From Chlorobiota bacterium (lineage in GTDB: Bacteria; Bacteroidota; Bacteroidia; Bacteroidales; JAADJA01): a DNA stretch of 64,000 nt. A program made the translations under genes and the position numbers. The DNA lies in assembly GCA_013151015.1 (NCBI GenBank), contig JAADJA010000044.1, positions 1,417 through 65,416 on the forward strand. The letters are read 5' to 3'. The notes under the pieces were generated by a model. It saw nothing but the letters and a program-made list of their open reading frames with translations. It did not search any database and was not told where the DNA came from. This document shows positions 38,272 to 45,768 of this stretch, one piece after another (position 1 is the stretch's first letter; each line of letters starts with the position of its first letter).

Positions 38272-39435
38272 ATGGCAAAGATCCTCATAATCGACGACGA
38301 AAGAAGTATCCGCAACACTTTAAAAGATATCCTGGGATACGAAAAATATAAAGTGGACGAAGCGGAAAATGGATTGGACGGTGTCGATAAAATCAGGAAC
38401 AACAAATATGATGCGATCCTCTGTGATATTAAAATGCCGCAAATGGACGGGATCGAAGTGCTGGAAAAAGCGATGATCCTGACCGATGCGCCTGTCATTA
38501 TGATTTCGGGGCACGGGAATATCGAAACCGCCGTAGAGGCCATCAAAAAAGGGGCTTTTGATTTTATTGCCAAACCCCTTGACCTGAACCGCCTCCTTAT
38601 CACAATCCGCAATGCGCTGGACAAATCCAATTTGATTTCGGAAACCAAGAAGCTGAAAAAGCAGGTGAGCAAGAATTGGGAAATGATCGGCGAATCGGAA
38701 GCCCTGAACAGCATTAGGGATATGATCGACAGGGTTGCCCCCACCGATGCCAGGGTTCTGATAACGGGCGAAAACGGTACGGGCAAGGAATTGGTTGCCC
38801 GTCAGCTTTTCGAGAAAAGCAAGCGCTCCCATGCCCCATTCATCGAGGTGAACTGTGCCGCCATCCCTTCCGAATTGATCGAAAGCCAATTGTTCGGCCA
38901 TGAGAAAGGTTCATTTACCTCGGCCATAAAAATGCGCAAGGGCGATTTTGAACAAGCCCATGGTGGAACCATCTTCCTGGACGAAATTGGTGACATGAGC
39001 CTTTCGGCCCAGGCAAAAGTTTTAAGGGCCTTGCAGGAAAACAAAATCACAAGGGTGGGCGGCGAAAAAGACATTGCCGTTGACGTTAGGGTGTTGGCGG
39101 CCACCAACAAAAACCTGAAAGAACTGATCGCAAGCGGCAAGTTCAGGGAAGACCTTTACCACCGCTTGAGCGTTATCCTTATCCACGTGCCGGCCCTTCG
39201 CGAACGAAAAGACGATATCCCCATCCTTACGGAACATTTCATGCAACAAACCTGTGAAAACAACGGGAAACCGGTTTTGCCCTTTGAGGAGAAAGCCATC
39301 GAACAACTTAAAGAGATGCCCTGGACGGGAAATATCCGTGAACTGCGCAATGTGGTGGAACGGCTTGCCATCCTTTGCGACAACCAAATTACCGGGGAGG
39401 ATGTCGAAAAATTTGTGCAACCGTTGAACTATTAG
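38272..39435 (+). CDS. Sigma54-dependent response regulator (receiver + AAA+ domain) lacking a C-terminal HTH
   Basis: The receiver domain has ILIIDDE...DIKMP. The AAA+ domain has GENGTGKE (Walker A), GSFTSA (the GAFTGA equivalent) and IFLDEIGD (Walker B). The protein ends about 10 aa after the AAA+ domain. Confidence 0.85.
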   Translation: MAKILIIDDERSIRNTLKDILGYEKYKVDEAENGLDGVDKIRNNKYDAILCDIKMPQMDGIEVLEKAMILTDAPVIMISGHGNIETAVEAIKKGAFDFIAKPLDLNRLLITIRNALDKSNLISETKKLKKQVSKNWEMIGESEALNSIRDMIDRVAPTDARVLITGENGTGKELVARQLFEKSKRSHAPFIEVNCAAIPSELIESQLFGHEKGSFTSAIKMRKGDFEQAHGGTIFLDEIGDMSLSAQAKVLRALQENKITRVGGEKDIAVDVRVLAATNKNLKELIASGKFREDLYHRLSVILIHVPALRERKDDIPILTEHFMQQTCENNGKPVLPFEEKAIEQLKEMPWTGNIRELRNVVERLAILCDNQITGEDVEKFVQPLNY

Positions 39436-39862
39436 GCAATTGATTCATTAGGATAATCCTAATTTTATGGAAGACACCCTAAACTATTCCGGTATCCTTC
39501 CGACTCTTACGCTAAAGCTTCAGCCACAGCGCAAACCTAAAGGAAGGCATTGGCACGAAGTGTGGAATCCAAAAAAAAGAAAGACCACTGTTCAAATTCC
39601 GGCAATTATAACAAAACCGACCTTAAAAGAAGTCAAAGCAATGCACGGCAGCCATATCCGTATTGGGATGCCTCACGCAAGCACAGAAGGCCAAACCCAA
39701 GGGTTCGACATGACAGCTTCTTTGTTTTTTGAAAATGTGTTCATTGTTCATCGCCATATCCCATCCCCCTTATTATTAAAAACACAAACAAAGAACAGTG
39801 TTCAAAATTATTTTCAATGTTTTCTTTTTTTTGGAAAATGAATACTTTAATTCTTTTATTCG

Positions 39863-39870
39863 TATTTTTG
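39863..39870 (+). promoter_or_regulatory. -7 box TAttTTTG upstream of ssrA
   Basis: TATTTTTG lies 72 nt upstream of the mature tmRNA 5' end, which implies a processed precursor. Confidence 0.35.
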
Positions 39871-39941
39871 CACCCCTTTTAACGTTCTTTCTTTTAGAGA
39901 AAAAGATTATAGTATTCAAATGCTACTACCTTAATAAAACC

Positions 39942-40338
39942 GGGGCTGACCGGATTTGACAGCAAGGACAGTGGATTTGTAAGCATGCCGGGCCATGGGA
40001 TACGCTCGTTAAAAATTTTCCCACAACTATAATTGGCGATTCTAATTACGCTCTTGCTGCGTAACCGAAGTTTAGTAGGTTAGGCTTAATTCCAGCTCCA
40101 GGAGCCGGAACGAGACATCCCGCGGGCGGATCTGTCTGATTCCAACCTGATCACGGGGTGCTGACAATTTCAGACTGGCCGGGTGAACGCTCCGCTCATT
40201 TCGGCGAGATAAAGGAGATAAGGTTTTGATTTGGGTGACTGTTCCCGGGCAATATTCGAAAATCAATAACAGTATAAGCATGTAGAAAGCACTTTTGCTG
40301 CTTGTTTGGACGAGGGTTCGACTCCCTCCAGCTCCACC
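39942..40338 (+). ncRNA. ssrA: tmRNA (SsrA)
   Basis: The 5' end is GGGGCTGACCGGATTTGAC. The 3' tRNA-like end is GGACGAGGGTTCGACTCCCTCCAGCTCCACC. The tag reading frame at 40035-40064 is GGC GAT TCT AAT TAC GCT CTT GCT GCG TAA, giving GDSNYALAA*. Confidence 0.95.
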
Positions 40339-40447
40339 TTCGCCCGCCGTAGCCTTGGCGCAGGCGGGCTTCGCCCTCTCCTACACAGAGTACGGCGGGC
40401 TACGGCGGACACTGTCCACCTGATAATACTAACATATTTGCCTGTTT

Positions 40448-40687
40448 ATGTTTTATTATGTGTATATACTTCAATGTAATGACCTATCTTATTATACCGG
40501 GTGCACACAAAACCTTGATGAAAGATTGGCTGCCCATAATAAAGGATTGGTAAAATCGACAAAGGAGAAGTTACCAGTAAATATTATCACATATACCGCT
40601 TTTACGAATAAATCCAAGGCCTTTCGATTTGAAAAATACTTAAAATCAGGTTCTGGAAGGGCATTTGCACAAAAAAGATTAAGATAA
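40448..40687 (+). CDS. GIY-YIG mini-nuclease (UPF0213/URI-domain-only), copy 1
   Basis: 79 aa. The motifs are YVYIL...YYTGCT...RLAAHN...FEKYLKSGSG. Confidence 0.85.
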   Translation: MFYYVYILQCNDLSYYTGCTQNLDERLAAHNKGLVKSTKEKLPVNIITYTAFTNKSKAFRFEKYLKSGSGRAFAQKRLR

Positions 40688-40790
40688 ACATAGCCTTGGC
40701 GCAGGCGGGCTTCGCCCTATCCTGCACTAAATACGGCAGGCTACGGCGGACGCTGTCCACCTGATAACACTAAAGTATTTATCCCTGTTT

Positions 40791-41030
40791 ATGTTTTATT
40801 GTGTGTATATTCTTCAATGCAATGACCTATCTTATTATACCGGTTGTACCGAAAATCTGACAAAAAGGTTGGCTGCCCATAACAAAGGATTGGTAAAATC
40901 GACAAAGGACAAACTACCTGTTAAGATTATCACATATACAGCTTTCACGGATAAATCCAAAGCCTTTCGGTTTGAAAAATACCTAAAATCAGGTTCCGGT
41001 AGGGCATTTGCACAAAAAAGGTTAAGATAA
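40791..41030 (+). CDS. GIY-YIG mini-nuclease, copy 2 (72/79 aa identical to copy 1)
   Basis: It has the same motifs as copy 1. Its start lies 343 bp after the start of copy 1. Confidence 0.85.
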   Translation: MFYCVYILQCNDLSYYTGCTENLTKRLAAHNKGLVKSTKDKLPVKIITYTAFTDKSKAFRFEKYLKSGSGRAFAQKRLR

Positions 41031-41147
41031 ACGAAGCTTTAGCGAAGTAGGGCTTCGCCCTTTCACTAAAGCTTCTTCGGGTTTCAGTGGACACCATCCA
41101 CTAACTGGCTTTATAAAAAAACAAATTTACTCCCAACAACCAAACCT

Positions 41148-41486
41148 ATGCACTTCGTTTACATCTTAAAATGCTCAGATAAAACATTTTGTACTGGATG
41201 CACATGTAATCTATATGAAAGATTATCAAGGCACAACAAAGGACAAGTCCACTATACAAAAGACAAACTTCCCTTTGAGCTCATCACCTATATAGCATTT
41301 TCAGAAAAACACAAAGCATATCAATTTGAAAAGTATTTGAAATACGGATCTGGGATCGCATTCAGGAATAAAAAGGCTAATTTAGTTTTTACTTACGTAT
41401 CAACACCTCCGTTGCACCATACCCAAACTCTTTCATGGAAGCATCCCTTGAACTCACGTTATTATAATCTTTCAGGATTTCCTTAA
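41148..41486 (+). CDS. GIY-YIG mini-nuclease, diverged copy 3, with a roughly 30-aa read-through tail
   Basis: FVYILKC...FCTGCT...RLSRHN...FEKYLKYGSG. There is no stop at the position where the paralogs end. The ORF continues 98 nt antisense into the 3' end of the convergent Smr gene. Confidence 0.65.
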   Translation: MHFVYILKCSDKTFCTGCTCNLYERLSRHNKGQVHYTKDKLPFELITYIAFSEKHKAYQFEKYLKYGSGIAFRNKKANLVFTYVSTPPLHHTQTLSWKHPLNSRYYNLSGFP

Positions 41487-42462
41487 TAGCCGTCTTTAAC
41501 ACGCCCGTCCCAACTCCGTGGATGAAAGTGACCTTTGACAGATTATTGGCAATGGCACTATCAAGGCATTTTGTGAAATAGTTAATTTGGACACGAAGCA
41601 TTTCACTGTTCTCCATATTTTGATGGTTATCCACCAATTCATAGATATGCAAATCCACTACTGCCTCATGCGGACTGGTTTTATGCTCTTCGATAATGTG
41701 TTTTGGCTTTACCTCTTTGGCTATCTTAACCTCGGGTTCGGTTTGCTTTTTTTCCGTACCTGACCGGAGCAATGAGGCTTGTGCCGAAAGCGGCAACAAG
41801 GAAACCACAATTGCTTTCCCTTCCATTAACGATGAATTTTTATAACTTCCCTCGGTATAGAAACGTGCCGGCTTCACACGGAACTCCGCACTCCCCGGAC
41901 TTAGAATTTTCGTGTCTTCTTCTTTTTGATACAATACCTGTACAACGCCCCGGCACCATTTTTCGATTTCGTCCCTTTCAATGGATTCGATCAACAGCAT
42001 GGATTCTGGTGTAACCGAACCATAATCGAAGCCTGAAAAGCCCCCTTTTTCTTCCTCCCTAATAAAGCTGTACAAAATATCATATTCAGTATGGTTAACA
42101 AGATAAAGATCGACCATGCCCGTTATCAGCCACTTCTGATCGTGCGGTACATAGGCCAAAAAAATGCCTTTTTCCAAAATCCCCTGCCCACCAATGTTCA
42201 TCAAAGGGATGTTCCTTGAATCACTCTCATATTCCTGCTTGGGTTGTTCAGGGGCCTCAACTATTACCTCCTCATCAAATGCGCTCTTGAAAGACCCGGG
42301 CAAAGAACCTGTTTCCACTTTCATCAGTTCGCTGATAACAACAGGTATCTCAAAACCATCCTCGATCCGAACATTGACAAGCGAGGGACTCAAAATCTTA
42401 CTTACCACACCTCCCCCACTTTCATTTAAAAACACAACCCTATCTCCTATATTGAATTTCAT
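41389..42462 (-). CDS. Smr-domain protein (DUF2027-like N-terminus + C-terminal Smr/MutS2-type nuclease domain)
   Basis: The C-terminus VVDLHIYEL...VTFIHGVGTGVLKTAI fits the Smr LDLHG/HGxG pattern. Confidence 0.75.
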   Translation of the reverse strand: MKFNIGDRVVFLNESGGGVVSKILSPSLVNVRIEDGFEIPVVISELMKVETGSLPGSFKSAFDEEVIVEAPEQPKQEYESDSRNIPLMNIGGQGILEKGIFLAYVPHDQKWLITGMVDLYLVNHTEYDILYSFIREEEKGGFSGFDYGSVTPESMLLIESIERDEIEKWCRGVVQVLYQKEEDTKILSPGSAEFRVKPARFYTEGSYKNSSLMEGKAIVVSLLPLSAQASLLRSGTEKKQTEPEVKIAKEVKPKHIIEEHKTSPHEAVVDLHIYELVDNHQNMENSEMLRVQINYFTKCLDSAIANNLSKVTFIHGVGTGVLKTAIKEILKDYNNVSSRDASMKEFGYGATEVLIRK

Positions 42463-42628
42463 ATCTCATTTTTTTTGCAAAATTAAGCTTTTTTGCAATG
42501 GTTAATTACCGGACTTTATCCGTGCATTCGTAAATAAAACCACCCAAACTTTTGTCAGTGCTTTCACCCACAAAATTTGGATAATCCCATTGGCGGCAAT
42601 ACTAACTTGAGGTAAGAAATACCGTTTT

Positions 42629-42717
42629 CATGTTGGTGACAATACCCATATGGGGTAAGGCAACAATCAGTTGAGTGGAAATTACTTCGCAAGTTGGTGA
42701 AAACACCAACTCGAAGC
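42629..42717. repeat. Two REP-family hairpins (one degenerate, one extended)
   Basis: catGTTGGTGacaatACCcAtATg lies at about 42629. CTTCGcaAGTTGGTGaaaaCACCAACTCGAAG lies at about 42685-42717, immediately 3' of the stop of the minus-strand gene 42728-44533. Confidence 0.75.
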
Positions 42718-42727
42718 AAGAAAAGGA

Positions 42728-44533
42728 TTATTCGAACATCCATGACAACGCAATTACGCCAGCCCCGGTATGCGTTCCCAGCACAGGGGAAGCCCCGCTG
42801 ATAAATTCAGGCTTCAGTCCTGTAAGCTCTTCCATTTGCTTAGCTATACTTGTGGCCCCTTCAAGGTTCTTTGCATGTGAAATGGCATAACCCCAAACTT
42901 TCTTCCCCTTGATCATTTTCTTCACCTCGTCCATCAACATTTTCATGCTTTGCTTTTGGGATTTTGGTTTCCCGAACAGTTCGGTTTTCCCTTCTTTGTT
43001 CACAACAACAATGGGTTGAACACCAAGCAATTTCCCAAAGAAACCTTTAACGGCACTTACACGTCCCCCCTTGATCATATACTTCAGGGTTTTCGTGCTT
43101 GCCAATAAATACGTCTTTGATATCCATTCATCCATTTTCGCCGTGATATCTTCGTAGGACTTCCCATTTTCAATTTCCTTGGCAGCCCTCAAAACCTGTA
43201 AGCCCAAACCACTGGCAAGTTTTTTCGAACTAAAAACACTTACTTCTTTATTGTTCCTTTCAGAAATAAGGTGACCGGCTTTACGGCTTGTGTTCCAAGT
43301 CCCGCTAAGTTTATCACTTATATGGATACCCAAGATGTTTTTATAATGCGAAGAAAGGTAATCGTATTTGTTGGTGAAGTCTTTATATGTTGGCTGCGAC
43401 GTTGAAGGATAATAATCCGAAGATTCCAGTAAATCATAGAATTCATCCGGTGTGATTGTTACCGAATCAAGGTAGAAATCCTTTTCAAAATGAACAGAAA
43501 GTGGCACAACATGAATTTGATATTTTTCGATCAACTCCCGGGGGATATCAGATGTTGAATCCGTAATAATGGCAGTTTCCCATTTCCGATGGTTCACGAT
43601 CTGGTTTTGCATCAACATATCGTCCACCTTTTTGTAGGTGATATTTCCTACATCCTTTATCTTATAAAAAAGTTTGGCGGGTTCATCGGTGTGGATATGC
43701 AACCTCAGTTTCTTCGGGGAACCGGCAATAACCTGTGAATCCCCAAACCCCTCCATGGCCTTGCTCAACTTATCCTTGTTTTCTTTGACAGGGTTATCAA
43801 AAGTTATCAAAGCTTCGGTGCAATAACGAAAAGTAATTTCGGCTTCATCATGGAACACATCTTCCAACTCCTGCACCTTCATTACGTTTCTTGTGGAGAC
43901 AAGCCTTTTTAGCTGGCCATGCTTGAAAAAGTCGATCATCCCTTCCAGGAAAAGGACAAAGCCTTTGCCACCGGCATCCACCACATTGGCTTTTGCCAAT
44001 ACTTCCAATTGCTTTGGGGTATCGCGAAGGGCCTGCCTCGCCCTTTCGGTTGACCTTGAAATAAGTTGGTTAAAATCCTTTATTTTATCTTTCAGGGAAT
44101 AAACCGAATCTGCCCAATCGCGCATCACTGTTATCATGGTGCCCTCAACAGGGTTTGCAATTGCTTCATATGCATAACGAACAGCCTTCCTGACAATTAT
44201 CGCAAACTTTTCAATGGTAAGGTCTTTCTCATTCTCAATCTCATTGCTGAAACCGTAAAGGAATTGCGCAAAAATAATCCCCGAATTCCCCCTTGCACCT
44301 ACCAAAGCGGCGTCTGCCAATGCAATAGCAGTGACTTGTATATTATCAGTGGGAATAACCGTATCAATAATCGAACGCATTGTCGAGGCCAGATTGGTTC
44401 CCGTATCTCCGTCAGGAACTGGAAATACGTTAATCTTATTCATTTCCTTATGATTTTCAAATATTCGTTGGGCTCCGGCGATGAAACTATAATAGAATCT
44501 TTTGCCGTCCAATTCTTCGGTTGAGAATTTCAC
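42728..44533 (-). CDS. Dak2-domain / DegV-domain fusion protein (FakA-like kinase module + FakB-like fatty-acid-binding module)
   Basis: The N-terminus has PVPDGDTGTNL (DhaL/Dak2). The C-terminal roughly 285 aa begin TAIITDSTSDIPRE...IHVVPLSV (DegV). Confidence 0.8.
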   Translation of the reverse strand: MKFSTEELDGKRFYYSFIAGAQRIFENHKEMNKINVFPVPDGDTGTNLASTMRSIIDTVIPTDNIQVTAIALADAALVGARGNSGIIFAQFLYGFSNEIENEKDLTIEKFAIIVRKAVRYAYEAIANPVEGTMITVMRDWADSVYSLKDKIKDFNQLISRSTERARQALRDTPKQLEVLAKANVVDAGGKGFVLFLEGMIDFFKHGQLKRLVSTRNVMKVQELEDVFHDEAEITFRYCTEALITFDNPVKENKDKLSKAMEGFGDSQVIAGSPKKLRLHIHTDEPAKLFYKIKDVGNITYKKVDDMLMQNQIVNHRKWETAIITDSTSDIPRELIEKYQIHVVPLSVHFEKDFYLDSVTITPDEFYDLLESSDYYPSTSQPTYKDFTNKYDYLSSHYKNILGIHISDKLSGTWNTSRKAGHLISERNNKEVSVFSSKKLASGLGLQVLRAAKEIENGKSYEDITAKMDEWISKTYLLASTKTLKYMIKGGRVSAVKGFFGKLLGVQPIVVVNKEGKTELFGKPKSQKQSMKMLMDEVKKMIKGKKVWGYAISHAKNLEGATSIAKQMEELTGLKPEFISGASPVLGTHTGAGVIALSWMFE

Positions 44534-44728
44534 GATAGTAAGTTTTTGTTTAGAACGATTCTAAATTTTATGCAAAGGTATGCAAAAAAACCAAGATGGT
44601 TTTGCGACTTACTAACAGTCATACGATGAATTTGTTTTCAATGATTGTCCAAACCGGTGAATTCCAACTGCAAGCAATCAAGATGGGATTTTAAATCCGG
44701 CAGTTCTTAATTATTGTTAAAATGAAGC

Positions 44729-44760
44729 AAAAAAAAGAGGCGGCTACAAGTGGCCACCCC
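44729..44760 (-). terminator. Rho-independent terminator of the beta-barrel gene
   Basis: The minus-strand RNA is GGGGUGGC-CACUUGUA-GCCGCCUC followed by U8. Confidence 0.7.
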
Positions 44761-44787
44761 TGATAATTATGTATGAGAGTCTTTTTT

Positions 44788-45531
44788 TTAGAAGGAATAA
44801 GAAACGCCCAACAACAATGAGATTGTATTTGTTTTAATATCTTCCAGTTGCCCTTCAGGGATATCGATAGTCTTCTCTTTAAGTTCCCCGATATTTGAGA
44901 ACCCCATTGCATACCTGAGGTTTGCATAAGCCCTCCAGGGACTTCTCCTGCCTCCAAAAGGCATACTTGCACCTCCTCCAATAATAAAACCATAGTCAAA
45001 TCCCGAATATTCATCCCGGTATTTTCTTTTATCGGTTGCGGTGTTATGATCATCGTCACGCCATTTTTCCCCGTTGATCGTTAGACCTGATAAGGCCGCG
45101 GCATAAAAACCGGCTTCGCCAAAATACTGCAATGCCTTGGGATCGCCAAATGTAAATTTGGCCAAAACCGGGATCGTCATGTATGTTGAGACCTGCTTTG
45201 CCCCGGTATCGGTATATATCGGGCTGCCTATACTATCCGAATAAAACAGATAATCCGTAGTAGCGCCTTTTTGTTCCAATGCAAATTCAACCTGGACAGA
45301 AATTATTTTCCCAAAATCGGAGGTAATCAAGTCTTCCAGGGAATAATTGGCAAACCCACCAATATTGTACCCCACGATCATGGAACTGTTCTGTATGGAT
45401 TTTCCCGAAAGGTTGGCAAAATTTGCACCGATACGGCCACCGGCTGTAATTTGGGCAAAAGATACAATTGTTATTCCCGTGAGGAACAGTGTAATTAAAA
45501 CAGCTTTGAGATTTTTTAAATGAGTCATCAC
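44788..45531 (-). CDS. Outer-membrane beta-barrel (porin-family/OmpA-barrel-like) protein
   Basis: The signal peptide ends ...IVSFAQ. Aromatic residues end the beta strands and the C-terminus is ...LLGVSYSF. Confidence 0.6.
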   Translation of the reverse strand: MMTHLKNLKAVLITLFLTGITIVSFAQITAGGRIGANFANLSGKSIQNSSMIVGYNIGGFANYSLEDLITSDFGKIISVQVEFALEQKGATTDYLFYSDSIGSPIYTDTGAKQVSTYMTIPVLAKFTFGDPKALQYFGEAGFYAAALSGLTINGEKWRDDDHNTATDKRKYRDEYSGFDYGFIIGGGASMPFGGRRSPWRAYANLRYAMGFSNIGELKEKTIDIPEGQLEDIKTNTISLLLGVSYSF

Positions 45532-45709
45532 TTTTTTTTATAAAATTACAATAATTATTTCATTTCAATATTTCACCTGAAAAAAAAACCAAACAATCAG
45601 GCAATTGTGCGATGCTATTTTATACCAACATTTATTTAAATTGTTTCAAATGTTTTTAATTTATTTTCAACTGAAAATACGAACCAAGGGCTGAAATATC
45701 ATCCGGAAT

Positions 45710-45738
45710 AAAAAAAAGCCGGTATTCCCAATACCGGC
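45710..45738 (-). terminator. Rho-independent terminator of clpB
   Basis: The minus-strand RNA is GCCGGUAUU-GGG-AAUACCGGC followed by U8, 30 nt after the stop. Confidence 0.8.
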
Positions 45739-45768
45739 ATATTACTATTCATATTATCTAAAGGGGAC

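Noticed and set aside
38214-39420. Minus-strand ORFs of 112-193 aa
   Set aside because: They are antisense to the sigma54 response regulator, whose receiver and AAA+ motifs are unambiguous.
39551-39567. Sigma54 -24/-12 promoter (TGGCACgaagtGTGG) near the sigma54-dependent regulator
   Set aside because: The -12 element is GTGG rather than TTGC(A/T), and no gene lies in a suitable position downstream. Other TGGCAC occurrences (about 50545, 51520, 53275, 54680) are intragenic or lack a -12 GC.
39467-39841. 124-aa ORF as a real gene
   Set aside because: It has no motifs, an odd composition and no promoter box. It overlaps the region containing the putative ssrA promoter. I kept it only as part of an unexplained intergenic region.
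40339-40447. The leader after ssrA as a degenerate duplicated tmRNA/tRNA 3' half (att site of an integrase-type island)
   Set aside because: GCGGGCTTCGCCCTCTCC only loosely resembles the T-arm GAGGGTTCGACTCCCTCC, and the exact match is limited to TCCACC. No integrase is present. I mention it as a weak observation inside the GIY-YIG finding and do not call it an att repeat.
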